A stretch of DNA of 64,000 nucleotides from Candidatus Saccharimonadota bacterium (lineage in GTDB: Bacteria; Patescibacteriota; Saccharimonadia; Saccharimonadales; Saccharimonadaceae), in NCBI GenBank assembly GCA_017524405.1, contig JAFWSJ010000014.1:65623-129622 (forward strand), in the 5' to 3' direction. The notes beneath the pieces are model-generated. The model was not told where the DNA came from and searched no databases. It was given only the letters and a program-made list of their open reading frames with translations. The translations under genes were made by a program, and so were the position numbers. Of this stretch, positions 1-8,633 are shown piece by piece. Within the stretch, counting starts at the first letter, position 1. The number at the start of each line of letters is the position of its first letter.

Positions 1-130
1 TGGAGTTGCGTGGGAGCTTCTGAAGTCCCTCGATATCGCCAGCTGCCTTAAGTTCGGCGCGCTTTGCAGCGTATTTTTCATACATCTTGCGGCGTTTTTC
101 GTCGCGAAGAACAGCACTAGTTTTAGCCAT
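1..130 (-). CDS. rpsN: 30S ribosomal protein S14 (5' part only; gene runs off the window start)
   Basis: Reverse-strand ATG at 128-130 opens [44 protein letters not shown]14-like N-terminus in the expected position right after rplE. Confidence 0.8.
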   Translation of the reverse strand, partial: MAKTSAVLRDEKRRKMYEKYAAKRAELKAAGDIEGLQKLPRNS

Positions 131-131
131 A

Positions 132-704
132 TTACTTAGCCTCCTTCTCAAACGGCATGCCGAACTTCTCTAGCAACAACTTGCTGCCTTCACGGGAACC
201 GTTCTTAATAACAAATGTAATCTCGAGACCGTGGAGAACCGCTGCATCCTCGAAGCTGATTTCTGGGAAAACAGTCTGTTCCTTGAGGCCAAGGCTATAG
301 TTGCCCTGAGCGTCAAAGCTTCCGGTTGGGACGCCGTGGAAGTCACGGACGTGTGGAAGCGTGATGTTAACCAAACGATCAATGAATTCATACATCTTGT
401 CGTTTCTGAGGGTAGTAACGTAACCAACTGGTGCGCCCATACCTTTGCGAATCTTGAACTGTGCAATAGATTTCTTTGCGAGGCGGCTAGTAACTGCCTG
501 GCCGGTAATCTTGGTGAGCGTAAGCTCGACAGTTTCGGTGAAGCGCTTATCTTCGCGCTTCTTACCAACACCAGCGGAGACCATGATCTTCTCTAGTTTT
601 GGTACCTGATTGATATTCTTGAGACCAAGCTCCTTCTGGAGTTTCTTCTGAATCTCCGAGTTGTAGAGAGTCTTGAGTCTTGCTTCATATTTAGCTTCAG
701 CCAT
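132..704 (-). CDS. rplE: 50S ribosomal protein L5
   Basis: 190 aa. L5-type sequence ([34 protein letters not shown]). spc-operon order L14-L24-L5-S14. Confidence 0.96.
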   Translation of the reverse strand: MAEAKYEARLKTLYNSEIQKKLQKELGLKNINQVPKLEKIMVSAGVGKKREDKRFTETVELTLTKITGQAVTSRLAKKSIAQFKIRKGMGAPVGYVTTLRNDKMYEFIDRLVNITLPHVRDFHGVPTGSFDAQGNYSLGLKEQTVFPEISFEDAAVLHGLEITFVIKNGSREGSKLLLEKFGMPFEKEAK

Positions 705-1024
705 TACTTAATCTCCCTATTATTAGCTTGGCGTGCGATACGGACAGTCTTGCCGTCTTTGTCCTTGGCATAACCAACGCGGCTAGTCTTGCCAGCCTTC
801 TCGTCGATGACGAGAGCGACGTTGCTCATGTCGATACCAACCTGAATATCTTTCTTGCCGGCCTGGCGGTATGCGCTAGCACGCATGTGACGAGTGCGCT
901 TGCCAAAACCTTCAACGAAAACCTTATTTTCGGCTGGAAGAACCTTGGTGACCTTACCGGTCTGGCCCTTAGCGGCGCCTGCGATGATCTTTACGGTATC
1001 ACCGGTCTTGATGCGAACACTCAT
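704..1024 (-). CDS. rplX: 50S ribosomal protein L24
   Basis: 106 aa. KOW-type N-terminus (IKTGDTVKIIAGAAKGQTGKV). Start and stop overlap the neighbours by 1 nt. Confidence 0.95.
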   Translation of the reverse strand: MSVRIKTGDTVKIIAGAAKGQTGKVTKVLPAENKVFVEGFGKRTRHMRASAYRQAGKKDIQVGIDMSNVALVIDEKAGKTSRVGYAKDKDGKTVRIARQANNREIK

Positions 1025-1392
1025 TATAGGACCTCCGGCGCAAGGCTGATAATCTTACTAAAACCGAGGTCGCGGAGTTCGCGTGGTACTGGGCCGAAGA
1101 CGCGAGTACCTTTTGGCGTCTTGTCTTCGTTAACGAGTACAGCGGCGTTGTCGTCGAAGCGGATAGTAGAACCATCTGGACGGCGAATAGCCTGACGAGT
1201 GCGAACGATAACAGCGCGGACTACGGCTTTTTTCTTGACGTTACCGGTTGGGGATGCGTCCTTGACGGAACAAGTGACGATATCGCCAACGTGAGCGTAA
1301 CGAGCGCGGGTGCCACCGAGGACACGGATAACACCAAGCTCTTTAGCGCCACTGTTGTCGGCAACCTTTAAGCGGGTTTCTTGCTGAATCAT
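1024..1392 (-). CDS. rplN: 50S ribosomal protein L14
   Basis: 122 aa. Near-universal L14 N-terminus [17 protein letters not shown]. Confidence 0.97.
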   Translation of the reverse strand: MIQQETRLKVADNSGAKELGVIRVLGGTRARYAHVGDIVTCSVKDASPTGNVKKKAVVRAVIVRTRQAIRRPDGSTIRFDDNAAVLVNEDKTPKGTRVFGPVPRELRDLGFSKIISLAPEVL

Positions 1393-1698
1393 TTACTTTT
1401 CTCCTTCTTTCTTGTCACTTACGACCTCAGTGACTTCTTCCTTGAGCTCAACCTTACCACGGCTCTTCTCGACAATCTTGACGAGAGTCCAGGTCTTGGT
1501 CTTGCTGATTGGGCGCGTTTCGGCGATCATAACAACGTCGCCTTCATGAGCCTCGTTGTTGGCATCATGAGCAGTGTACTTGCGCGTCTTACTATACTGC
1601 TTCTTGTAAATTGGATGTGTCTCACGAGAGGTGATCTCGACGGTAATCGTCTTGTCACGCTTGTCGGAGGACACTACTCCTGTAAGTGTGCGTGCCAT
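1393..1698 (-). CDS. rpsQ: 30S ribosomal protein S17
   Basis: 101 aa. S17 core (LTGVVSSDKRDKTITVEI, HPIYKK) plus a roughly 20-aa charged C-terminal tail. Confidence 0.93.
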   Translation of the reverse strand: MARTLTGVVSSDKRDKTITVEITSRETHPIYKKQYSKTRKYTAHDANNEAHEGDVVMIAETRPISKTKTWTLVKIVEKSRGKVELKEEVTEVVSDKKEGEK

Positions 1699-1907
1699 TA
1701 CTTATCTCCTTTCGTGGCGTTAATCTTCGTATAAATACGAGCGATTTCCTTCTTGAGAGCCTTGATGTGATGTGGGTTTTGGAGCGTGGTACCGAGACCC
1801 TGGCGTGCAATCAAAAGCTCTTCTTGCTTTTCTTTGAGTTGCTCTTCGAGTGGCTTGCTCGAGACAACCTTAGCCTCTTTGACGGCTTTCTTGTCTGCCT
1901 TTGCCAT
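1698..1907 (-). CDS. rpmC: 50S ribosomal protein L29
   Basis: 69 aa helical protein (LKEKQEELLIARQGLGTTLQNPHHIKALKKEIARI) between L16 and S17. Confidence 0.9.
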   Translation of the reverse strand: MAKADKKAVKEAKVVSSKPLEEQLKEKQEELLIARQGLGTTLQNPHHIKALKKEIARIYTKINATKGDK

Positions 1908-1908
1908 A

Positions 1909-2328
1909 TTAGAGCTCCTCTCTCTTTACGATCTTGCAGCGAACTGGAAGTTTGTGGCTAGCAAGGCGAAGAGCCTCTTTTGCCTGCTCATCAGTAACGT
2001 CTGCGATTTCGAACATAACGGTACCGGCCTTAACCTTAGCAACGTGGAACTGTGGTTCACCCTTACCGCTACCCATCTTAACATCAAGAGGCTTCTTGGT
2101 GACTGGGGTATGTGGGAAGATGCGAATCCAGATCTTACCACCACGTTTGACGTAGCGAGTAATTGCCTGGCGGGCTGCCTCAATCTGGCGGCCGTTGACG
2201 CGTTCATTATCAAGGCTCATAAGGCCGTAATCACCGAAAGCAACATAGTTGCAGCGGCTAGCGGAACCTTCGTTCTTGCCTTTGCGGACCTTGCGGTGCG
2301 CTTCCTTGCGTGGTTGTGTAAGTGCCAT
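1909..2328 (-). CDS. rplP: 50S ribosomal protein L16
   Basis: 139 aa. RKVRKGKNEG, GRQIEAARQAITRYVKRGGKIWIRIFP. Confidence 0.97.
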   Translation of the reverse strand: MALTQPRKEAHRKVRKGKNEGSASRCNYVAFGDYGLMSLDNERVNGRQIEAARQAITRYVKRGGKIWIRIFPHTPVTKKPLDVKMGSGKGEPQFHVAKVKAGTVMFEIADVTDEQAKEALRLASHKLPVRCKIVKREEL

Positions 2329-2331
2329 AAT

Positions 2332-2958
2332 TTATTTCTCCCCCTTGTAGACCCAAACTTTAACACCAACGATACCAGCGATGGTCTGTGCATGCTCGAC
2401 GTAGAAGTCGATATCTGCACGGAGCGTATGGAGAGGGACGGAACCCTCAATGAATTTCTCGCGGCGGCTCATCTCGGCGCCATTAAGACGACCGGAGACC
2501 TCGACGCGGATACCCTTAGCGCCTGCGTTCATCGTAGAGGCACATGCCATCTTGACGGCGCGGCGGAAGTTCATACGCTTGCCAAGCTGGAAGCCGATGT
2601 TCTCGGCAACGAGCTTTGCGCTGAGTTCTGGTTTCTTGACCTCTTCGACATTGATGCGAAGTGGCGAGTTGGTAATCTTCTCGAGCTCTTTCTTGAGTTC
2701 GTTGATACCTGCACCCTGCTTACCGATCACGGCACCAGCCTTAGCGGTGCGGATAGTGATGGTAGTAAGGTTCGGGCTGCGCTCAATGCTGATACGATCA
2801 ACAGTTGGGCGGCTCTTGAAGCGATTCTCAACGGCTTCGCGGATCTTGATATCCTCGATAAGCCAGTTCTTGAAGTCGGCTTTGCGGGAGAACCACTTGC
2901 TGCTCCAGTTTTTGTTAACCTGGAGACGGTAGCTGACTGGGTTAACTTTCTGACCCAT
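2332..2958 (-). CDS. rpsC: 30S ribosomal protein S3
   Basis: 208 aa. MGQKVNPVSYRL start and KH-domain motif GKQGAGINELK. Confidence 0.97.
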   Translation of the reverse strand: MGQKVNPVSYRLQVNKNWSSKWFSRKADFKNWLIEDIKIREAVENRFKSRPTVDRISIERSPNLTTITIRTAKAGAVIGKQGAGINELKKELEKITNSPLRINVEEVKKPELSAKLVAENIGFQLGKRMNFRRAVKMACASTMNAGAKGIRVEVSGRLNGAEMSRREKFIEGSVPLHTLRADIDFYVEHAQTIAGIVGVKVWVYKGEK

Positions 2959-3350
2959 TACTTGTTCTCCTTCTTATCTTCTGCCTTTGGGGCAGCTTTC
3001 TTAACTTTCTCATCGCCTACGACCTCGACGAAGATGTTACTTGAAATCTTTTCGTAAGGAAGTGCGCGACCGCGGCTAGCTGGAACATAACGGCGCATGC
3101 GGGTACCAGCAGTGACGGAGATGCGAGAAATCGCAATCGTCTTGGTATCGATGCTACCGCTGTTGATAAGGTTAGCGGCTGCGGACTGAATAGCCTTCAT
3201 GACTGGCTTTGCGGCGCGGCGTGGGGTGTTCTCGAGGATCACGACAGCGTCGGCGACATAGCGGTCACGGACGAGGCTAGCAACGATGCTAACCTTGCGT
3301 GGCTGAGCGTCAATTCCTTTGATATATGCGTGTGCAGTTTTCTGGGCCAT
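2958..3350 (-). CDS. rplV: 50S ribosomal protein L22
   Basis: 130 aa. L22 core (PRKVSIVASLVR ... ITVTAGTRMRRY) plus a Lys-rich C-terminal tail. Confidence 0.93.
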   Translation of the reverse strand: MAQKTAHAYIKGIDAQPRKVSIVASLVRDRYVADAVVILENTPRRAAKPVMKAIQSAAANLINSGSIDTKTIAISRISVTAGTRMRRYVPASRGRALPYEKISSNIFVEVVGDEKVKKAAPKAEDKKENK

Positions 3351-3353
3351 ATG

Positions 3354-3647
3354 TTATGCTCCCTTCTTTGCTGCAGCGGCCTCAGCGGCTTTCTTACCGC
3401 CATGGCGCTTAAATTTACGAGTTGGGGCGAATTCGCCGAGCTTGTGACCAACCATATTCTCAGTAACGAATACTGGGACATGGACGCGACCATTATGAAC
3501 AGCGATCGTGCGGCCAACCATTTCTGGGCTGATGGTAGAACAGCGAGCCCAGGTCTTTACGATAGTGCGGTCTTCTGCGGAAAGAGCTTCAACTTTCTTC
3601 TGAAGCTTGTAGTCCACAAAGAGGCCCTTCTTAAGAGATCTAGACAT
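3354..3647 (-). CDS. rpsS: 30S ribosomal protein S19
   Basis: 97 aa. [40 protein letters not shown]. Confidence 0.97.
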   Translation of the reverse strand: MSRSLKKGLFVDYKLQKKVEALSAEDRTIVKTWARCSTISPEMVGRTIAVHNGRVHVPVFVTENMVGHKLGEFAPTRKFKRHGGKKAAEAAAAKKGA

Positions 3648-3650
3648 AGA

Positions 3651-4487
3651 CTATTTCCTCTTTCCTTCATGACGACTGCGAACAATCATCTTGTTAGTTT
3701 TCTTATTATGACGAGTGCGGTAACCCAAAGTGAGCTGGCCCCATGGGCTGCGAGGAGCCTTACCGGAACCGTGGCGACCACCGTCACCACCACCATGAGG
3801 GTGATCTGTTGCGTTCATCACGACACCACGAACGGTTGGGCGGATTCCTTTGCGGCGTTTGCGGCCGGCGGAACCGATCTTGATGTTCTGGTGCTGAATG
3901 TTGCCAACGACACCGATGTTTGCGCTACAGGTGGTGAGAACCTTGCGGACCTCGCCAGATGGCATACGGATGGTGGCATAGCCGTCTTCCTTAGCCATGA
4001 GCTGTGCGGTTGCACCAGCGGCGCGGACTAGCTGCGCGCCCTTACCTGGGGTAAGTTCGATTGCGTAAATCTGAGTACCAACTGGGATCTGCTCGAGAGC
4101 GAGGCGGTTGGAAGTCTCGATTGGAGCTTCTTCGCCAGTCTTGATCTCTGCACCCTTAACCATGTTGGTGTCAGCGATAATGTAATAATATACACCGTTC
4201 TGGTCTTTAACACGAGCAATACGTGCGCTGCGGTTTGGATCGTACTCGATCTCCTCAATCTTGAGGGTAAGACCTGCAGGAAGATTGTGGGTCAAGATGC
4301 GATAATGACGCTTGACGCCGCCGCCACGATGGCGGACAGTGATGCGGCCAGAGTTATTCTTGCCAGCTTGCTGCTTTTTGCTCTTTACGAGGCTCTTTAG
4401 AGGCTTACGAGTAGTAATCTCATCGAAGTCCTGCGTAGTTTTCTGACGTTGAGCCGGCGTAGTTGGACGGTAAGCTTTAATAGCCAT
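3651..4487 (-). CDS. rplB: 50S ribosomal protein L2
   Basis: 278 aa. GRITVRHRGGGVKRHYR and MNATDHPHGGGDGG motifs. Confidence 0.98.
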   Translation of the reverse strand: MAIKAYRPTTPAQRQKTTQDFDEITTRKPLKSLVKSKKQQAGKNNSGRITVRHRGGGVKRHYRILTHNLPAGLTLKIEEIEYDPNRSARIARVKDQNGVYYYIIADTNMVKGAEIKTGEEAPIETSNRLALEQIPVGTQIYAIELTPGKGAQLVRAAGATAQLMAKEDGYATIRMPSGEVRKVLTTCSANIGVVGNIQHQNIKIGSAGRKRRKGIRPTVRGVVMNATDHPHGGGDGGRHGSGKAPRSPWGQLTLGYRTRHNKKTNKMIVRSRHEGKRK

Positions 4488-4873
4488 TACTTGTCTCCTT
4501 TCTTGTCGGCTTTCTTAGCAGCTTTCTCGGCTGCCTTTTCGGCTTTTTTATCAGCCTTTTTGTCGGCTGGTTTTTCTTCTTCGACTGGTTCTTCGTCAAA
4601 GACCTTAATCTTGTCGCCTTCCTTCAAAGTGACGTAGGCGATACGCTTGTCTTGGCGATAGGTGGTGCCAGGATATGCATGCTTGCCGCGGCTAAACTTA
4701 GTAGCTTTGCCTTTGCGGATGACGATGCGGACACCGAGAACCGTAACTTTATACTGATCTGCGACCTGCTGCGCGACGGCCTGCTTGCTTGCGCCTGCCG
4801 GGACGACGAACATGTAAGTGCGCTTAGTCTGCTCGCGGTAGGCTTTTTCAGTAGCGATAGAACGAACTAACAT
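4487..4873 (-). CDS. rplW: 50S ribosomal protein L23 with Lys/Ala/Glu-rich C-terminal tail
   Basis: 128 aa. L23 core (YMFVVPAGASKQAVAQQVADQYKVTVLGVR), then EEPVEEEKPADKKADKKAEKAAEKAAKKADKKGDK. Confidence 0.9.
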   Translation of the reverse strand: MLVRSIATEKAYREQTKRTYMFVVPAGASKQAVAQQVADQYKVTVLGVRIVIRKGKATKFSRGKHAYPGTTYRQDKRIAYVTLKEGDKIKVFDEEPVEEEKPADKKADKKAEKAAEKAAKKADKKGDK

Positions 4874-5484
4874 TACTTAGCCTCCTTTCCGAGTAGCCAG
4901 TTTTCGATAACTGGAAGAGATTTCTCAGTGATGACGACTTTGTCGGCATTGAGAATATCAAATACGTTTAGATAGGTTGGACGGACGACCTTGAGGTTCG
5001 CGACGTTGTTGGTTGCGCGAAGAACGAGTTCGTCTTTTTCGCTAACTACGAGCAAGATATTCTGCTTGGCATCGAGTTTGTTCTTTTCGAACATAGCGAT
5101 AGTTTCTTTAACCTTACCTTGTGGGCAGGCGAACGTATCAATAATGACGACGTTCTTATCTTTGTTCTGCATGCTCAAAGCCTGGCGAACTGCCTGGAGC
5201 TTTGCGCTCTTGCTGATCTTCTTGGTGAAATTCTCTTCACCGGTGCGGCCGAAGGCTACACCACCATGGCGCCAGATAGGGTTGCGGGTGCTACCGAAGC
5301 GAGCACGACCAGTACCTTTCTGCTTCCAAGGCTTTTTACCACCACCACGGACTTCGCCACGCTTCAAAGTTTTAGCGTGAGAGCTGCGGCTGTTTGCGAG
5401 GTAAGCATCGTAAGCGAGCTTAACCAATTCGTGATTGTCGACGGAAAGACCGAAGACGTCTTTGTTTAACTTAGCGTCTGCCAT
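4873..5484 (-). CDS. rplD: 50S ribosomal protein L4
   Basis: 203 aa. RGEVRGGGKKPWKQKGTGRARFGSTRNPIWRHGGVAFG. Confidence 0.95.
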   Translation of the reverse strand: MADAKLNKDVFGLSVDNHELVKLAYDAYLANSRSSHAKTLKRGEVRGGGKKPWKQKGTGRARFGSTRNPIWRHGGVAFGRTGEENFTKKISKSAKLQAVRQALSMQNKDKNVVIIDTFACPQGKVKETIAMFEKNKLDAKQNILLVVSEKDELVLRATNNVANLKVVRPTYLNVFDILNADKVVITEKSLPVIENWLLGKEAK

Positions 5485-5485
5485 A

Positions 5486-6106
5486 TTAGTCCTTTCCCTC
5501 CACCATTACGAGACCTTTGTTTGGACCAGGGACTGCACCTTTAAGTCCAATAAGGTTGTTATCCGAGTCGATGTACGATACGACGAGGTTCTTAACGGTA
5601 ACCTGGTCATGACCCATGCGGCCAGCCATTCTTTTACCCTTGAAAACCTTTTGTGGGTACATGGAACCGATGGAACCGACCTTGCGGATATCTCCCTTGA
5701 AGCCGTGCGTATTGCGGGATTCTTGGAAGTTATGGCGCTTGACAGTACCAGCGAAACCTTTACCCTTGCTCGTACCCGTGACCTGAACCTTGTCGCCAAG
5801 GCTGAATTCTGCGACGGTCAATTCGCTACCGAGGGTAACTTCCTCTGGAATTTCGTCGACGCGGAACTCACGGATGTACTTAGGGTTGATATCTTTTCCG
5901 GATTTTTTAACGTGTCCGGACACGGCCTTGCTCAGATTCTTACCCTGACCATATGCCACCTGAACAGCGCTATATCCATCTTTCTCGACGGATTTAGTCT
6001 GAGTCACTGTGCATGGGCCGGCTTGAAGGATCGTTACAGGGGTAACAATGCCATCTTCACCGATGATCTGGGTCATACCAATCTTGGTGCCGAGGATGAT
6101 TTTCAT
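5486..6106 (-). CDS. rplC: 50S ribosomal protein L3
   Basis: MKIILGTKIGMTQI is a typical L3 start, with GGAAAGGA 9 nt upstream. The ORF also stays open to an upstream ATG at 6193 (alternative 235-aa form). Confidence 0.93.
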   Translation of the reverse strand: MKIILGTKIGMTQIIGEDGIVTPVTILQAGPCTVTQTKSVEKDGYSAVQVAYGQGKNLSKAVSGHVKKSGKDINPKYIREFRVDEIPEEVTLGSELTVAEFSLGDKVQVTGTSKGKGFAGTVKRHNFQESRNTHGFKGDIRKVGSIGSMYPQKVFKGKRMAGRMGHDQVTVKNLVVSYIDSDNNLIGLKGAVPGPNKGLVMVEGKD

Positions 6107-6223
6107 CTGTGGGCGTCCTTTCCCATTAAAATCATTTGGCTTATGAGTGGTATCCCTCGTCTGCGCGATCTGGGACCTTACCTCTTGCGCCAAAGTGACG
6201 TTTATTTGATAATATACCTCGGT

Positions 6224-6253
6224 ATTATACCATGGGTTATCTTAAATTGTCAA
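6224..6253 (-). promoter_or_regulatory. sigma70-type promoter for rplC and downstream ribosomal genes
   Basis: Minus strand reads TTGACA-N18-TATAAT with TGG directly before the -10. It lies just after the stop of the inserted ORF and about 110 nt before the rplC ATG. Confidence 0.65.
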
Positions 6254-6258
6254 CAAAA

Positions 6259-6738
6259 TTATCTTAAACCACCTTCGCTCAAAAATGGGCCCCAAATTAC
6301 TAGCTCGAATAGCACTCGGCAGGCCGTGCCGTAGATCAATAGCGCTAGCGCGCAGCTCTTATAATACTTGATCGCGTTATCTTCGCTGGGTAGCCGAAAT
6401 TCGCTATGGTTTTCCGGATTTACCATTACCGGAGTCCATTCTTTGCCCGTAGGATATTCCATCTTTGCTTTCTCGTTCGAGATTGAATCAATCGTCGATT
6501 CAGCAATCGTATTCTTCACCTTGATTTTGTAGGTATACCTATATTCCCAACCTGTTATTCTGTCCCTCAGTTTCTCTTTCTTTACATATAGAGCCTTGCC
6601 CGGAACCGTAAAATTTTTCTTACGATTATTAAAGCGAATCCATTTAATTAGCATTTTTATCCCAATCACAAAAAAGACGCCAAAAAACACATTAAAACCA
6701 ATATAGAAAGCTAGGTATAGGAATTTGATCGGATCCAT
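6259..6738 (-). CDS. hypothetical membrane protein (TM - soluble domain - TM) inserted between rpsJ and rplC
   Basis: 159 aa with hydrophobic N-terminal (FLYLAFYIGFNVFFGVFFVIGI) and C-terminal segments. Has its own -10 box. Visibly more A+T-rich than its neighbours. Confidence 0.6.
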   Translation of the reverse strand: MDPIKFLYLAFYIGFNVFFGVFFVIGIKMLIKWIRFNNRKKNFTVPGKALYVKKEKLRDRITGWEYRYTYKIKVKNTIAESTIDSISNEKAKMEYPTGKEWTPVMVNPENHSEFRLPSEDNAIKYYKSCALALLIYGTACRVLFELVIWGPFLSEGGLR

Positions 6739-6755
6739 AAATATTAATTATACCA
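6736..6755 (-). promoter_or_regulatory. extended -10 promoter 8 nt from the ATG (predicted leaderless or near-leaderless)
   Basis: Minus strand reads TGGTATAAT-TAATATTT-ATG with no Shine-Dalgarno. Confidence 0.55.
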
Positions 6756-6758
6756 AAC

Positions 6759-6783
6759 AAAAAATCCCCGATTGCTCGGGGAT
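6759..6783 (-). terminator. intrinsic terminator directly after rpsJ
   Basis: Minus strand reads ATCCCCGAGCAATCGGGGAT followed by TTTTTTG, 15 nt after the rpsJ stop. Confidence 0.7.
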
Positions 6784-6798
6784 ATTCTTGAAGACTAA

Positions 6799-7119
6799 TT
6801 ACATCTTGATTTCGGCGTCGACGCCTGCTGGGAGGGAGAGATTCTGGAGAGAATCAATCGTCTTTGGCGTAGCGTTGATAACGTCGATGAGGCGTTTGTG
6901 GACCTTCATTTCGAAAGCTTCACCACCGGTCTTGTAGACGTGTGGGGACTTCACGACAGTGAAGGAAGAACGCTTGGTTGGAAGAGGCACTGGGCCGCTT
7001 ACCTGAGCACCGGTGCGAATAGCGGTGTCGACGATTTGCTTTGCGCTCTGGTCAATGAGGCGATGATCGTAGGCCTTGAGGCGGATACGAATCTTGAGAC
7101 CTTCGGCTTTTTCTGCCAT
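6799..7119 (-). CDS. rpsJ: 30S ribosomal protein S10
   Basis: 106 aa. [25 protein letters not shown] ... GPVPLPTK. Confidence 0.97.
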   Translation of the reverse strand: MAEKAEGLKIRIRLKAYDHRLIDQSAKQIVDTAIRTGAQVSGPVPLPTKRSSFTVVKSPHVYKTGGEAFEMKVHKRLIDVINATPKTIDSLQNLSLPAGVDAEIKM

Positions 7120-7215
7120 TTGGAATATATCCTTTCTTTACGACCGCGTAACCTCGGATACCACCTAGACGGGGTGTCCACGAGTTTTTCGCGGCAATTT
7201 AATATGTATGAGATT

Positions 7216-7243
7216 ATTATACAGATTTCGCGCGTTTTGTCAA
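7216..7243 (-). promoter_or_regulatory. consensus sigma70 promoter for rpsJ
   Basis: Minus strand reads TTGACA-N16-TATAAT (TG precedes the -10), about 95 nt upstream of the rpsJ ATG. Confidence 0.7.
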
Positions 7244-7262
7244 TGCTGGAACGCCGCGCTCC

Positions 7263-7291
7263 TTGACTTTTTGGCGCCTATAGTATATAAT
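7263..7291 (+). promoter_or_regulatory. sigma70 promoter for ORFan A, divergent from the rpsJ promoter
   Basis: TTGACT-N17-TATAAT. Confidence 0.65.
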
Positions 7292-7369
7292 GTAGATTTA
7301 GAGTGCGTTAGCGGTAGATATACTTACGTAAGTCTAAAATCTGGATACCGCACTTGTATGGAGGTGTAT

Positions 7370-7921
7370 ATGACCCCTATTACTAAATTTGCTCAGGATT
7401 ATCTGACTATTGAGCATATCAATGGAATTAGTGTTCCTGAACTCATCAACCTTTTAGAGGCAGCCAAGAGGGATAGCAGGTTTTCAATTGTTGAACAGCG
7501 CACTGACGCTTGCCTGGAAGCAACCTATCTTCGCCTCGACGAAGATGAAGACGATAGTATTCCTACGGCTGAAGAAATCGCAGCCATAGAAGCCGAAGAA
7601 GCCGCAGCTGCAGAGGCTGAAGAAACCGCGGCCGAAGAAGCTGAAGAAGTCGAGACGAAAGAACAGGACTATACTGAATATCCGTTCTTCGACGATGATG
7701 GAAATTTAGCTCCTGCTCCGGGTGATCCCGGCGAGCCCATCATGCTCACAATCGAATATCTTCCTAAGAACTTCAAAGATGATAGCGATACTGAGTATGA
7801 AGTCGTCGACTTGATGTCTGATGGATACAATAAGTACCACGTCTTCGACAACAACGACAATGGCCTTTTAATCGACTGCGACAAGGTCGATTATCTTATA
7901 AGCATCTTGAAACTGCTCTAA
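7370..7921 (+). CDS. hypothetical soluble acidic protein (ORFan A; paralog of B)
   Basis: ATG 7370 follows GGAGGTG. The earlier in-frame ATG at 7358 lies inside that SD. Has an Ala/Glu-rich insert. N- and C-terminal motifs are shared with the 8062-8496 product. Confidence 0.6.
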   Translation: MTPITKFAQDYLTIEHINGISVPELINLLEAAKRDSRFSIVEQRTDACLEATYLRLDEDEDDSIPTAEEIAAIEAEEAAAAEAEETAAEEAEEVETKEQDYTEYPFFDDDGNLAPAPGDPGEPIMLTIEYLPKNFKDDSDTEYEVVDLMSDGYNKYHVFDNNDNGLLIDCDKVDYLISILKLL

Positions 7922-7928
7922 AAGCATT

Positions 7929-7957
7929 AAAAACCGTCCGGCTCACCGGGCGGTTTT
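7929..7957 (+). terminator. intrinsic terminator after ORFan A
   Basis: AAACCGTCCGG-CTCA-CCGGGCGGTTTT hairpin plus U-run. Confidence 0.7.
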
Positions 7958-7975
7958 AGCATGCCAAATGTAGTG

Positions 7976-8004
7976 TTGACAACACTCGGATTTTCGTCTA
8001 TAAT
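7976..8004 (+). promoter_or_regulatory. consensus sigma70 promoter for ORFan B
   Basis: TTGACA-N17-TATAAT. Confidence 0.7.
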
Positions 8005-8061
8005 CACATGATACGCTCTGCCTGTATGGGCAGAGTAGTTCATTTCAGGAGGAAATCGCAC

Positions 8062-8496
8062 ATGGCAATCTTTAAACCGCACAAGCAGGAAGATGGTAGT
8101 ACTCGTTTCGTAGCAGACATCTGTCGCAACGTCACAATTCCCGAGGTTTTAGCTTTACTCGGGAGAATGCGCAGTAGCGAAATCGTTCAGGTTGACGCGG
8201 GGGACCTTCGAGCTTCCTACGTCTACAACGACCCCGAGAAGAACGGCATACAGATGACCCCTGTCTTCAAAGAAGACATGTCCGTCATCGCCCCGCCTTC
8301 GAAAGAGGTATCAAACGATGTCACGATTATTATTCGCGATTCGAATTATACAGTATTGAGCCTGAAGGCCAAGAGGTCTTCTTGCCTCGCTACTCCGTTC
8401 GAGACGAACAATAAGCTTCTTACTATCGATTATTCGAAGTTTGACGCACTTATGGATTATCTTACGAAGATCCAGGCCATCGAACAGTTAAAATAA
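8062..8496 (+). CDS. hypothetical soluble protein (ORFan B; paralog of A)
   Basis: ATG 8062 lies 9 nt after CAGGAGG. 144 aa. Motifs VTIPEVLALLGRMRSS and LLTIDYSKFDALMDYL align with A. Confidence 0.6.
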   Translation: MAIFKPHKQEDGSTRFVADICRNVTIPEVLALLGRMRSSEIVQVDAGDLRASYVYNDPEKNGIQMTPVFKEDMSVIAPPSKEVSNDVTIIIRDSNYTVLSLKAKRSSCLATPFETNNKLLTIDYSKFDALMDYLTKIQAIEQLK

Positions 8497-8514
8497 AGCA
8501 ATTGCCTTCCTTCG

Positions 8515-8547
8515 ACTGTCCAGCGTATGCTGGACAGTTATTTTTTT
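8515..8547 (+). terminator. intrinsic terminator after ORFan B
   Basis: ACTGTCCAGC-GTAT-GCTGGACAGT followed by TATTTTTTT. Confidence 0.75.
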
Positions 8548-8633
8548 GTGCTTATGCTCGCAATATAGTATTCCGTAAGATATAGTAATAGCAGTGCTTT
8601 AGGCATGCTATTTTTATTTAGGAGGTTCAAATA

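Noticed and set aside
1786-3057. 423-aa ORF on the + strand
   Set aside because: It is entirely antisense to L29, L16 and S3. It has a low-complexity Leu/Ala/Ser-rich translation and no promoter or SD. This is a classic shadow ORF of highly biased ribosomal genes.
6107-6193. 29-aa N-terminal extension of L3 (ATG 6193)
   Set aside because: The downstream ATG 6106 gives the canonical MKIILGTKIGMTQ start and has a well-placed GGAAAGGA. The longer form is kept only as an alternative.
5435-6334. 299-aa + strand ORF across rplC and its leader
   Set aside because: It is antisense to L3 and to the predicted rplC promoter, and it has no SD.
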